Below are positions 54,916 to 64,000 of a DNA stretch of 64,000 bases, in pieces. Source of the DNA: Naegleria gruberi. Its lineage: Eukaryota. Made by a program: the position numbers and the translations under genes. The notes beneath the pieces were generated by a model. It saw only the letters and a list, made by a program, of their open reading frames with translations, did no database searches and was not told the origin of the DNA. The stretch is taken from assembly GCA_000004985.1 (NCBI GenBank), contig GG738899.1; one strand, written 5' to 3'. The stretch's first letter is position 1. Each line of letters opens with the position of its first letter.

Positions 54916-57900
54916 TTGGATGATTTTTGGAATATTTTCATGCTGGTTTTATTTGTATCTTTTATAACCTATATAATTATCTATCAGGTATTAGATAGAT
55001 TGGGATTGAGTTGTAAAATTTGCTGTTCTTTCTGTAGATGCAGTGGTGGACTTTTCATTTCAGAAATTGATGGAGACTTCGATTGGAAACCAAATGAATC
55101 TCTATTAGAAAGGATACAAATACAGAATGTACTCTTTCTTGCTTACAATTTTACAGAATATCTCAAGAATATGGATCATACATTTTCTGCTCCGCAATTA
55201 TTCCAAAAATTTTACAAGAATGAAATTAATGTTGAAGGTTTAAATCAATTTTGTAGATATGAAGGCCCAAAAAGATCAACATTTGTAAGAATACTTGAAT
55301 GGTTGCTTCCAGATCCAAAAAGCTTGTTTCCCTATATGGAAACTAAATATATTAGCAACTTAAATTCAATTCCCATGACAACTTGTAATTGGATAAGACA
55401 TTTAATTTGCCATTTCAATATTTATCAGATTTTCCTCAGATTGTTGCTATTTACTATCCTTCTTAACGGAACTCCACTTATTAATTTATTAATTTACATT
55501 GACTTTTATTTTAGTTTAGGATATAAGGCAATTCAATTAATTTACATTCTCTCTTCATTTATTCCAAGAAATGGACAAAGTTTTATTGGAATGATTATAA
55601 GATTTATTAGATTCTTCGGATGGATTCAAATTGTGGAAACCATTGCCATGATTTTAGTCATTTCATTTTTTAATCATGAAAACGAAACTGTGTTACTCTA
55701 TGAATTTAATGGAGAAAGATATAATTTTATTCGATTCTTCAACTATGACGGTTTTGATATCGTGTATTCTCACAATTCTGTTATCATTCTTGTAGTCACT
55801 GTTGCTTTTGAGATTGTGAAAGAGTTTACAAAATTTGTACTTTTTTGGAAAACTAGTTTAGAAGAAAGAGGAAACAAGGTTTTGAAAATTCTTTACAATA
55901 TTTCCTTTTTCCAAACCTATCTCTTTATTCATGTACTAGGATCTGTGCTGTGGTTCAGTAGATTATTTAGTGGACTATTATCAATTAATTCGATTTGTAT
56001 TGCAAATATTGGACAAGATGAAACTATGTGTGAAATTGTGATTTTACCTTTCGTATTTTGTTTTGGGTTTATGTGCACGATTGCTATTTCTTCGTATATC
56101 TATACTTTGCTTATTATAACCATTTCGAATTTAATAACTGTTTTCGAGGGAATTAGAATTGGAAAATCGAAACCTAAAAAGGTTAAGAAACCAAAAACAA
56201 AATCTATTCAGTTGACGGAAATGGCCATAGAACGCTTGATTTTGGATGAGACACAACCACAGCAGCAAGATCACATTTTGAAAGTTTGTTATCCATCTGA
56301 TTCTCAACCAACGATTGAAAATTTAGTCAACCTGGACACACAAATTGAAAAGAGTTTTCAAGATTTTTCTGCAGCAGAAAGAGATTATTTGCAATGTATT
56401 TACAAATCTGGTCTCCAGAGATTAATTCCCTTCCAAAAGCACAAGAAAACCACGCTTGACATTGTTGTGGTTCTTTGTGCTGAACAAGTTTATTCCAAAG
56501 ATGATGAAAGTAGAACGAAATTTAAATGGATATCAGATAGATTCAAACTTGATACACTCAATAGAACACAAGATGAAATAAGAAAGATCATGTCTTTAAA
56601 GGAGCAAACCATTTACAAAACTGTGAAAGGTCTTGCGGATTTCAAGAAGGGAATGGAAGATTACTATTCTATTTTGGATTGCAATGAGGAAGACAGAATT
56701 TCAGTGAATTATTATCTTTGTTTACAAAAATATCATGGGCTAGATGAAAACTACTTCCCAAAGATCGAAGAGGACATGTCAGAAATCCAGAAAAAGAGAA
56801 TTCAATCAGAAATTGACTTTACCAACGAAATTAATGAATTATGTATGGAATTTCCATTCATTAGAAGAATATATGAAAAGCAAATATCTGATCAGTTTAT
56901 CAAGATTGAACATCTTGACAGCTATTTCAACAACTGCCAAATACTAGACTCTGTCAAACTTCAAAGGAAAATCAATTGTAAATTTTATGGAGAAGGTAAA
57001 TCCATGAACCAACTGAACAGTGCCATGTTCCTCAAGGGAAAATACATGCTCTCCCTCGACTCCAACATGGACGCTTACTATTTCGAAGGTATCAAATTCC
57101 CATGCTTGATGCAAGAAGTCATGAACTCGAAAAGTCACATTTTTGGAATGAGAACTCACACCTACACTGCTTTTACTTCTCAGGTTGGAAAGAACATGGC
57201 CTGTGCTGAGCATGTCTTTGTGGCCACATGTTACAAAGCCATGTGTCTGCTCGGCAGTAGATTGCACTATGGAAATGCCGATATTTTAGATAGAGAATTC
57301 TTTATTGAGAAGGGTTTATTTGCAGATGCGGATCGATATCTGAATTTGAGTGAGGATGTGTTTCTTGGAAAGAGATGTCTTAAATTTGGAGGAATTATTC
57401 GATACTCTGAGGGTGTTACGTTTGGTAAGGGAAGAGAAACTAACCTGAAGGAATCTGCTGGGTTCTATACAAAGATTGCTGGAGGTGCTGCCATGCAGTC
57501 GAGTTCAAGTATCGAATACGAATTGAATAGTTCATTGCCTCTTTGTATGTTGATGCCACTCTAGTGTTGGATTCTTCTCCTTGCATTTATTTATTGACAT
57601 TTCGATCATTCTAGCTCCTATTTTATACGTCTTGTTGAGCATCTTTGGGGTTTCGTATACTACATTGGATACTTTGAATTCATCATTTGCAAAAATTTGG
57701 GTTCTTCCATTCTACCTTGTCACTTTACTTCCACTCGTGCTGGAAAGCTTAGTTCAGGGCTACAGCTATGCTAACTGGGTTGATTACCTTCTCTCTTTCC
57801 CATTCTTTGCTTTCATTGACAGATTAATGTCATACAGTTATTTGACAGGAACATTTTTAGAGAAGGTGACCTATGTATCAACCGCCAGAGAAACTGGCCA

Positions 57901-58714
57901 CGCTCCAGCCAATGTTCATGACCTGATGCACAGCTACTACTTTACTACATTCAGAAGTTGTCTATTCCAATTGGTTACCTTCTTAATTTTCATTCAAGTT
58001 ATGGGAATTGATAAGATTTTATACATTGGCTTACCGATACTCAATTGGGCAAGTTGTTTGGTAGCTCCATTCCTATTCGAAAACCTAAAAATTTCTCATT
58101 TACATGATTGGCTAGATATTAAGAATGATTTACTCAAACAATGGAATGAATTCTATGCCGAATCATTTTATGAAGGAAATGTCAAGAAAAATAAGCATTT
58201 TCTATTGAAATGGTTCAATTATGGAAGATTGAGGATGCTGAAGTATGTTTATCCAATTATATTCCAAATGGCATTGCTGTATCCTATTTGCTATGTGTCT
58301 GTTTTGACTATTGCATCGGATTTCCAAGAAAAGACAAAGACAAATGCCTATTTTTGGTTTGTTATGACTTCTCCTTTCCAATTCATTTTGGGAATTACCT
58401 TATCTGTTAGATTATTGAAATCCAAACACAAAATATTTGGTTTCTTAATGTTGGTCAGTGAGGCAATCTTATTCTTTTTTGAATCCATTAATGGTGGTGG
58501 TTTCATTACGCTGTCAAAAGTCTTTTTAGGAATCCACAGTCTTTTCATTATCATGTCAGTGTTTTACATTTTGGTTTTGTTTATGGATTTGATTTGGAAA
58601 TCTGGAAGATTGTACCTTGAAGCTGAATTCTTTATTGTGAAACTCATAACCTATCCAGCTCTATTATTTGCCGTTGGAGTTCAAGTCATTTCGAGAGGAG
58701 TCCACAATATGTAA
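54916..58714 (+). CDS. GT48 / FKS1-like (1,3-beta-glucan synthase-related) polytopic membrane protein; reading frame disrupted at ~57555-57580 (ORFs 54916-57564 and 57581-58714)
   Basis: First ORF: TM cluster plus a cytoplasmic domain with FKS-like motifs 'YMLSLDSNMDAYYFEGIKF' (cf. IQLIDANQDNYLEE), 'GKNMACAEHVFVATCYKAMCLLGSRLHYGNADILD' (cf. [30 protein letters not shown]), and 'LNLSEDVFLGK...SEGVTFGKGRE..' (cf. LHLNEDIYAG...QCGKGRDLG). The second ORF lies in the +1 frame and encodes a further TM cluster, as at the FKS C-terminus. Confidence 0.55.
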
Positions 58715-58850
58715 ACGTTTTTAAATTTATGCCCAATTCCACAATGCTATCTTCCTTAAGCTCTTCAGGTAATTGAAAAACCTAAATTTATTTAATTGTT
58801 TAATTAACACCCTGAATAGTAGTGAATATATTGGAAAGATCAATACCAAG

Positions 58851-59951
58851 TTAAACCATTTGATGAGTCATTGGAATGGTAGATGTGGAAAATTGTGGCA
58901 TGAATTGATCTACAAGTATTACTCCTCTATTTCTGAAAAATTCCCTCATATAAGTAGCTCCACTCATCACATCATCTGGAGTCAACTCGAGTGGCTTTGA
59001 AATATTCACCTTCTTTCCATCCTTACTAATCAAAGAAAGGCAAAAATCTGGTTTCTTTCCATCAGAAATCTTGTGAGCTCTAATATCATGAATTTGATCG
59101 TATGGAATTGAATAGGTTGAGAAAATGAAATGTTCTCTCAAATATCTAGCTCTACTTGTCATTCTTACTTCTCTCTTTTCATCATCAAATTCAATAATTG
59201 TAATCTTTTCATAATAAACAATCAAAAATAGAGCAATTGGAGCTGTTACAATGTAAATACCTGCCAAAATAGCCAAACTCAACACCAAAATAATGCACAA
59301 TATGACCATCAATATGAGAACTCCCTCTCCATCACAATTCCAACCGCTACCTGAACAACAATCTGTACAGGAACAGCAGCCACCACAACAACCTCCACAG
59401 CAACCACCTCTAGATCTGGAAGTGGCAGCTACAGCAATTGCAGCTTTTTGATTGGATGTCAAATTTGTTCCATTACCATTGGTTGACAAATCTTCAGATG
59501 GAAGCATTGTAATGTGTGAAATTTGGTTTTTCAAACTGCAAACTCTGAAACAACCAAGAGTTGCACAAAACAAGTAAGTGAGCATGCTGTCTTGATTTTG
59601 CAAGATTAATTCATGTAGAGAGGATGACTTTTGACTGATGAGATTTTGGAAAGTTGTGGTTGTCAACTTTTGCTTACCATTCATCATCACATTATTTGCA
59701 GCAACTGGTGGCATTGTCGGTAAAGGTTGTTGCTGTTGTTGAATCATGACAGGTGGTTGATAGATTTGTTGTTGAACATTTGGAATTGTTTGTGGAGAAT
59801 AGTTTACATTCGGTTGTTGATTAGGATATTGTTGTTGAGAATAGTTTACAATTGGTTGATGAAAATTCGGATTATAGACTTTTTCAACATGTTGATAGGA
59901 AGCAGTGGTTGGCTCGACAAATGGTTTGCTGTTTGGGTCTTGTTGTTGCAT
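58851..59951 (-). CDS. Q/P-rich membrane protein with (GGCC)3 cysteine cluster
   Basis: 366-aa ORF. N-terminal Q/P/N-rich low complexity, 'GGCCGGCCGGCCSCTDCCSGSGWNCDG' directly before TM 'VLILMVILCIILVLSLAILAGIYIV', then a C-terminal ~120-aa domain. Confidence 0.5.
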   Translation of the reverse strand: MQQQDPNSKPFVEPTTASYQHVEKVYNPNFHQPIVNYSQQQYPNQQPNVNYSPQTIPNVQQQIYQPPVMIQQQQQPLPTMPPVAANNVMMNGKQKLTTTTFQNLISQKSSSLHELILQNQDSMLTYLFCATLGCFRVCSLKNQISHITMLPSEDLSTNGNGTNLTSNQKAAIAVAATSRSRGGCCGGCCGGCCSCTDCCSGSGWNCDGEGVLILMVILCIILVLSLAILAGIYIVTAPIALFLIVYYEKITIIEFDDEKREVRMTSRARYLREHFIFSTYSIPYDQIHDIRAHKISDGKKPDFCLSLISKDGKKVNISKPLELTPDDVMSGATYMREFFRNRGVILVDQFMPQFSTSTIPMTHQMV

Positions 59952-60447
59952 GACAGATTGATGTTTGACTTTTTTTATGAAAGAAAATCAAGTAATTGCG
60001 AGTGAATATTGTGAAATCAAGCCAAACATTGCGCTCCTCCTCTTGGTTGACTTTCCAAATATCGATTCTAATAACATTCAAAGATCTTCTGATTTGGAAT
60101 TATCATTCCACTAACCTTCCACACATGATGAAAATTTGATATTCAAATGTTCATCCAAATTGCATTAAGCTTCCACCTCCACAATAAATGGAACAAATTT
60201 CTGATTGCAAATTAATTTTCAAGCTTTGAGCTTTATAAATTTTGATCCACAAAAAAAACTTGATACAATAGTGGATTTGGTTTGGATAATTACATCATCA
60301 TTTCAACAATTGGAAGTGCTTGAGAGTGTATCATATATTCTTCAGTTAGAACGGTTGTTATTCTGTTTTTGTTTTGATTTTCATACACTTCAACAATTTG
60401 TTGCGAAATTCATTTTAATAAAAATTTACAAATAAAAATCAAAAAAA

Positions 60448-61503
60448 ATGTCCAAATTTGAACTTGAGAATGAATTGTACGAAGCCTTGAAAAAAACACA
60501 AAACAAGGGAGGTGAAGATGATCAACCAACAACAACATTTGCAGAAGAAAATGATGATGCGGAATATGAAGATGATGAAGAATATGATGATGAAGATTTC
60601 GGAGAAGAAGAATATGAAGAAGAAGTTGTAGAAATTAGTGAGAATGAAATGTTAGCCTTGTTGGATCAACAACAAGATCCTTTTGAAGTTTGTCAACAAA
60701 TCTTTGATAAGGAAAAATTATTTGAAGCAAATCCCGAACAAGTCTTGATTGAACCAAATGTAACTGTTCAACATTTTAGAGATTTATATAATAATGGTTA
60801 TGTTGTGGTGGATAATTTCATTCCTTTTGAACAAGCTCAAGAAATTCATGATTTGGCAAAGAAACTTTCACATACTTTTAAACCAGCTTGTGAAATGAAG
60901 ATGAGTTATGAAGATGAAGCAGAGGATACTTTTAGAGATAATACAGCAAGAAGTGATGTGATTCGTTGGTTGCATCCTAAGGATTTTACTTCTGAATTGA
61001 CTGATGAAAGCAAAAAGACATCCCTATCATGTTGTTGTACTGATAGCAGTGAAGATATTATACAATGGAAGGGAAATGAAACTTTGAGAGGAGTTGTTCT
61101 TAACAAGTTTAAAGTCATTCAAAAGAAAATCAATGAATTTGCACCTTGTGTTAAATATGATGATGCTAAAATGGAATTAATGTGGAGCTTGTATAAATCT
61201 CATGGAACTTACTATGAAAAACACAGAGATTCATTCCCAAGCAATGGAAAGGATGAAGGTCCATTGGATCAACGTAAAGTAACTGCCCTCCTCTATATGA
61301 ATACTGAATGGAAAGATGAATCAGATGGTGGCCAATTGAAGATTTTCATCAAACCAGAAAATGCATCCAAACACACTGAAAGAACAACCAAGCTCATTAA
61401 CCCAACTGCTGGTCGTTTAGTTTTATTCTTGAGTGGTGCTCTTGATCATGAAGTGATGGCTTCTTTTAAGGACAGAGTAGCCCTTACTTCTTGGTTGTCA
61501 TAA
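60448..61503 (+). CDS. PHD/EGLN-type 2-oxoglutarate/Fe(II)-dependent prolyl 4-hydroxylase with acidic N-terminal tail
   Basis: 'HRDSF...RKVTALLYMNTEWKDESDGGQLKIF...INPTAGRLVLFLSGALDHEV' parallels PHD2 'HVDNP...[25 protein letters not shown]...[21 protein letters not shown]' (HxD...H triad and basic-residue position). Confidence 0.7.
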   Translation: MSKFELENELYEALKKTQNKGGEDDQPTTTFAEENDDAEYEDDEEYDDEDFGEEEYEEEVVEISENEMLALLDQQQDPFEVCQQIFDKEKLFEANPEQVLIEPNVTVQHFRDLYNNGYVVVDNFIPFEQAQEIHDLAKKLSHTFKPACEMKMSYEDEAEDTFRDNTARSDVIRWLHPKDFTSELTDESKKTSLSCCCTDSSEDIIQWKGNETLRGVVLNKFKVIQKKINEFAPCVKYDDAKMELMWSLYKSHGTYYEKHRDSFPSNGKDEGPLDQRKVTALLYMNTEWKDESDGGQLKIFIKPENASKHTERTTKLINPTAGRLVLFLSGALDHEVMASFKDRVALTSWLS

Positions 61504-61537
61504 ATTTCGCAATTTCTCTAAAGGTGTTTATTTGTAA

Positions 61538-61968
61538 TTACCAACTGGATTGATATTTGAATATGGTATCGTCTGGATAATTCTTAATAGTATCAGAGAT
61601 GAGTTGAACAGTTTGCTTGACATCACCAAAATAATACTCATCATACTGAGTACCTCCAAAGAAAAAGCCTGATCTTGTTGGAAGAAGGAAACTAGCCTTT
61701 GAATGATCTTCATCAACTTGTGTTAAAACACTCAACAATGATTTTAAATGTTGAATTGTTACAGGATATTCGTTGCAATCATCCTCACCACCTAAACATG
61801 ATTCCGATAGGGCAGAGATCAATATGAATCGAATAGAAATTCAGAAATGAATTACGTGAGTGATAACAAACCTTGAACATTCTCAACAAACCAAGCATGG
61901 AGAGCATTAAACTTTCTCCAGTAGGCCACTTCCACTTCTCCAAGAGCCAAAAACATATCCAGACCCAT
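61538..61968 (-). CDS. small conserved hypothetical protein, 2 exons 61872-61968 and 61538-61791
   Basis: Exon 1 encodes MGLDMFLALGEVEVAYWRKFNALHAWFVENVQ, followed by a GTTTGT donor and an 80-bp intron ending TTTAG. Exon 2 encodes GGEDDCNEYPVTIQHLKSLLSVLTQVDEDHSKASFLLPTRSGFFFGGTQYDEYYFGDVKQ... Confidence 0.55.
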
Positions 61969-62123
61969 GTTGGTGTATTTTTTTCTATTTTGTTTTTATC
62001 TAAGCGAGAGTTGAAATTGCATTTCAAGCCTCATAATTGTGTGATGAGTTTAGAACGAAGGCTTTGCCTTGTTGATAAACAAGCCTTTGGAAGAATTATT
62101 CTTTGAAATAAATCGAATAGAGA

Positions 62124-62996
62124 TTAATCAGAACTATTTATTCTAGCTCGGAGCTTCTTTACTCTTTTCCTCAATTTGATTGGTTTTGTAATTCTATTTT
62201 CCACATCGGACTTGATTTTAGTCTTCTTTACAATAGTTTCTGATTCCTTATCTTCATTTTCAAGTTTGATTCGAGTGTTTGCATATATAGCGTCAGAACT
62301 AGTAGTTGTACCTTGTGTATTAGTGTCATTGGTAGTATTAGTATTATTATTAAACTTAACATTGTTAGTACTATTACCAGCTTGAATATTGTTCAGGCTA
62401 ATACTATTATCATTACTAATTGTATTGTTGCTGTTGCTATTTGTAATAGTATTAGTGTTATTAACCCTATTAGTAGTATTATCAGCTTGAATAGTATTCA
62501 GGCCAATGCTATTATCATTATTACTAATTGTATTGTTATTGCTAGTTGTAATAGTATTAAAATTATTAAATAATTCCTGTCGTGGTTGAATATTAACTTT
62601 AGGTTTGATAGAATAAGTAACTCCATCAACATTAACCAAGCAAGAAATAGGTTTATCCGATGAGAGTGAAATATCCATCATTGAAGTTGATATCATCACT
62701 TGATGTTGTTGTTTCTCCACAGTAGCACCATCACTTATCTGCATACTACTATTGAACGGTGTCAATGCCGGTGCTGATGGTGCTGATGATGATGAAGGAA
62801 TTAATATGTTGCTATCATCAACATTATTAATTCTTGATGATGAACGTGTTGGACGTGGTTTTCTCTTCTTCTTCAATATCTGTTCTTCGTAGAGTTTAAC
62901 AAGATGAGCCTTTAGATGGGCTCCTTTAGGAATTTCAATATTATTCTCTTCAAGAATTTCCTTCAAACCAGCAACAGTGTAACCATTCGCATCCAT
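62124..62996 (-). CDS. SAP/HeH-motif protein with Asn/Thr-rich low-complexity repeats
   Basis: N-terminus 'GYTVAGLKEILEENNIEIPKGAHLKAHLVKLYEEQ' is SAP/HeH-like, followed by a basic patch. The central region is encoded by the 62313-62573 tandem repeat. Confidence 0.5.
   Translation of the reverse strand: MDANGYTVAGLKEILEENNIEIPKGAHLKAHLVKLYEEQILKKKRKPRPTRSSSRINNVDDSNILIPSSSSAPSAPALTPFNSSMQISDGATVEKQQHQVMISTSMMDISLSSDKPISCLVNVDGVTYSIKPKVNIQPRQELFNNFNTITTSNNNTISNNDNSIGLNTIQADNTTNRVNNTNTITNSNSNNTISNDNSISLNNIQAGNSTNNVKFNNNTNTTNDTNTQGTTTSSDAIYANTRIKLENEDKESETIVKKTKIKSDVENRITKPIKLRKRVKKLRARINSSD
62313..62573. repeat. two ~120-bp tandem repeat units inside the coding region (encode NTxNS/NNT-rich segments)
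   Basis: 'gcttgaatattgttcaggctaatactattatcattactaattgtattgtt...' recurs as 'gcttgaatagtattcaggccaatgctattatcattattactaattgtattgtt...'. Confidence 0.7.
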
Positions 62997-63282
62997 TCTT
63001 TGTATTTTTTAAACATCATAGAATTTCAGGGTTGTTTAACCACACTAGTGATTTGCCCACTTCCTAATAGGTAAGTTGGCCCTGTGGTAAAACTTGTCCG
63101 TGTTCTTGCTGTGGTATTGTAGATTCACTTCACCTCTTGATTACGCAGTCATTCAAGTGTGCTCGTGTTGCACGGGAGAAATTCATATTTTTTTTAAATA
63201 AAACTGGTTGGCGATTTACTTAATTATTATGTACAATTAGGGATTATGCAACAATTTCAAGACCATTTAGATTATTTGAACA

Positions 63283-64000
63283 TTATCTTCGTCTAGGTTG
63301 TGGACCATCTCCACTGACACCACTCAAATTAAGCCCAGAGTTTGTACCCATTTGCCTCATTATTCCATTCCAATCTAAATGTTCCAATTCATTATTTCTG
63401 AATGTGTTGAATGCATCTTGAATTTTGGAAGATTTCTTTCTAATTATATTGGGATGATTAGTGCTTTGAAATTGCTTGTAATTGTCCAATAGCTCAACTA
63501 CATCTTTCGAATTCTTTCCACTCCCTCTTGCTATTCTCAGAATTCTTGATTGCATGTCGGATAACTTTGTAAAATCAGCACAATCCAACTCAGTTTCATT
63601 CATAGAGCCCATGATAGTCAAGTATTTCTTTACCTTATATTCTTGACCTTCTATTTTTGGGAATTCACTAAATCCAAATATCATTGACAATACACGCGAT
63701 GGTGGTCCCATGTTCACAATTGAAAGTAGTTGTTCTTTCAAATCCCTCATTGTAAAAACTCCATTTATGGGAAGTGAAGAGTTGAGTACTGAAATTTCAG
63801 TACTGTCACTAGCTTGTGGAACTGCACCGAATAGTATTGTGTAATTTCCCTCTCCCAACAATCTAGAAACAAAACCTTCAACTTCAAATGGTTGCAAACT
63901 ATCATAATATTCACCTGTGCCAATAAAGCTGATTGGTGTCTTGGTTGCAGCAATTGCACTCAAGGCACCTCCACCCTTAGAATGACCATCCAATTTAGTA
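63283..64000 (-). CDS. signal recognition particle 54 kDa protein (SRP54), 3' portion; continues beyond window end
   Basis: 'LDGHSKGGGALSAIAATKTPISFIGTGE' (end of the G domain) followed by M-domain 'FTMRDLKEQLLSIVNMGPPSRVLSMIFGF', 'LTIMGSMNETELD', 'RIARGSGKNSKDVVELLDNYKQF'. The frame stays open to the window edge. Confidence 0.85.
   Translation of the reverse strand, partial: TKLDGHSKGGGALSAIAATKTPISFIGTGEYYDSLQPFEVEGFVSRLLGEGNYTILFGAVPQASDSTEISVLNSSLPINGVFTMRDLKEQLLSIVNMGPPSRVLSMIFGFSEFPKIEGQEYKVKKYLTIMGSMNETELDCADFTKLSDMQSRILRIARGSGKNSKDVVELLDNYKQFQSTNHPNIIRKKSSKIQDAFNTFRNNELEHLDWNGIMRQMGTNSGLNLSGVSGDGPQPRRR

Noticed and set aside
57564-57614. Possible mini-intron (GTGTTGG...TTCTAG) to bridge the two FKS-like ORFs
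   Set aside because: It is only 50 nt, and splicing it gives the wrong phase relative to the downstream ORF. A +1 frameshift fits better.

Overview
This window is eukaryotic nuclear DNA, not prokaryotic. The 29 protein-coding genes called are AT-rich with A-rich translation starts, short AT-rich GTAAGT...AG introns, histone H4, SRP54, an actin-family gene and tenascin-type EGF repeats; the style is that of a dictyostelid social amoeba (Amoebozoa). Three N-runs (235-284, 3973-4022, single N at 6797) show it is a draft assembly. Also present are two 5S rRNA genes and three tRNA genes. No CRISPR array, prophage or obvious transposon was found. The most notable items are: a dispersed 5S/tRNA-Glu module present twice flanking a divergent eEF2 paralog; a ZnF-UBP–sirtuin fusion gene; an adjacent pair of beta-glucan genes (a GH-A clan glucanase/transglycosylase next to a frame-disrupted GT48/FKS-like glucan-synthase homologue); a CCCH-DEAH helicase-RBR E3 fusion; a PHD/EGLN-type prolyl 4-hydroxylase sitting among a cluster of F-box genes; and several probable assembly-level or genuine frame disruptions (PTH2, the alpha/beta-hydrolase TAG, the FKS-like gene, the MPP upstream ORF). 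All coordinates and intron positions were worked out by hand from the sequence and the ORF track. Family assignments rest on recognised motifs, not on database searches.
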